This document shows, one piece after another, positions 63,829 to 64,000 of a DNA stretch of 64,000 nucleotides (the first letter of the stretch is position 1; each line of letters starts with the position of its first letter). Under the pieces are notes generated by a model, which saw only the letters and a program-made list of their open reading frames with translations, was not told the DNA's origin and did no database searches. The DNA is from Phoronis australis (lineage: Eukaryota; Animalia; Phoronida): positions 779,491-843,490 of the forward strand of contig NMRA01000030.1 of the NCBI GenBank assembly GCA_002633005.1. The letters run 5' to 3'. The translations under genes and the position numbers were made by a program.

Positions 63829-64000
63829 ATAGTCGGTGGGCCAGATTTTGTAGGGCCTCTAGAAAATGGTTTTTGTGAGTACTTTAGGGGGGCAATTTTA
63901 TTTTGGTGTTTTTTAATTCATTTATTAGAGTGTTTTCAAAATCTAAAAAGTTCCCACATATAAAGTTGCACATTTTTGAGAAATTTGAGTTTGAAGTTAC

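Noticed and set aside
63829-64000. Possible new element start (CATAGTCGGTGGGCCAG...) truncating the family B fragment
   Set aside because: Only one end is inside the window, so TIR and TSD cannot be verified.

Overview
AT-rich, repeat-dense eukaryotic DNA, most consistent with a bilaterian (probably marine invertebrate) genome; the taxon is inferred from the TE repertoire. I found no intact protein-coding gene, rRNA, canonical tRNA or CRISPR array, so the window is probably intronic or intergenic. Most ORF-track entries are chance ORFs or minisatellite translations. The window is a patchwork of transposon relics: pogo/Tc1-mariner-type non-autonomous elements (TA target duplications), DINE-1/HINE-like Helentron elements, a Kolobok element (TTAA, decayed THAP domain) with a complete non-autonomous Helitron nested inside, MULE- and hAT-type MITEs, a Penelope fragment with a hammerhead-like motif, two CR1/L2-group LINE 3' fragments and about eight unrelated minisatellites. 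Most notable: (1) HINE elements carry co-oriented CTCF-consensus motifs every ~145-160 bp; (2) the pogo-type MITEs share one internal body but carry different terminal modules; (3) the inverted Penelope terminal repeat lacks the 26-bp hammerhead core; (4) a tRNA-like Pol III cassette sits inside the Kolobok. All calls come from reading by eye; no database searches were run.
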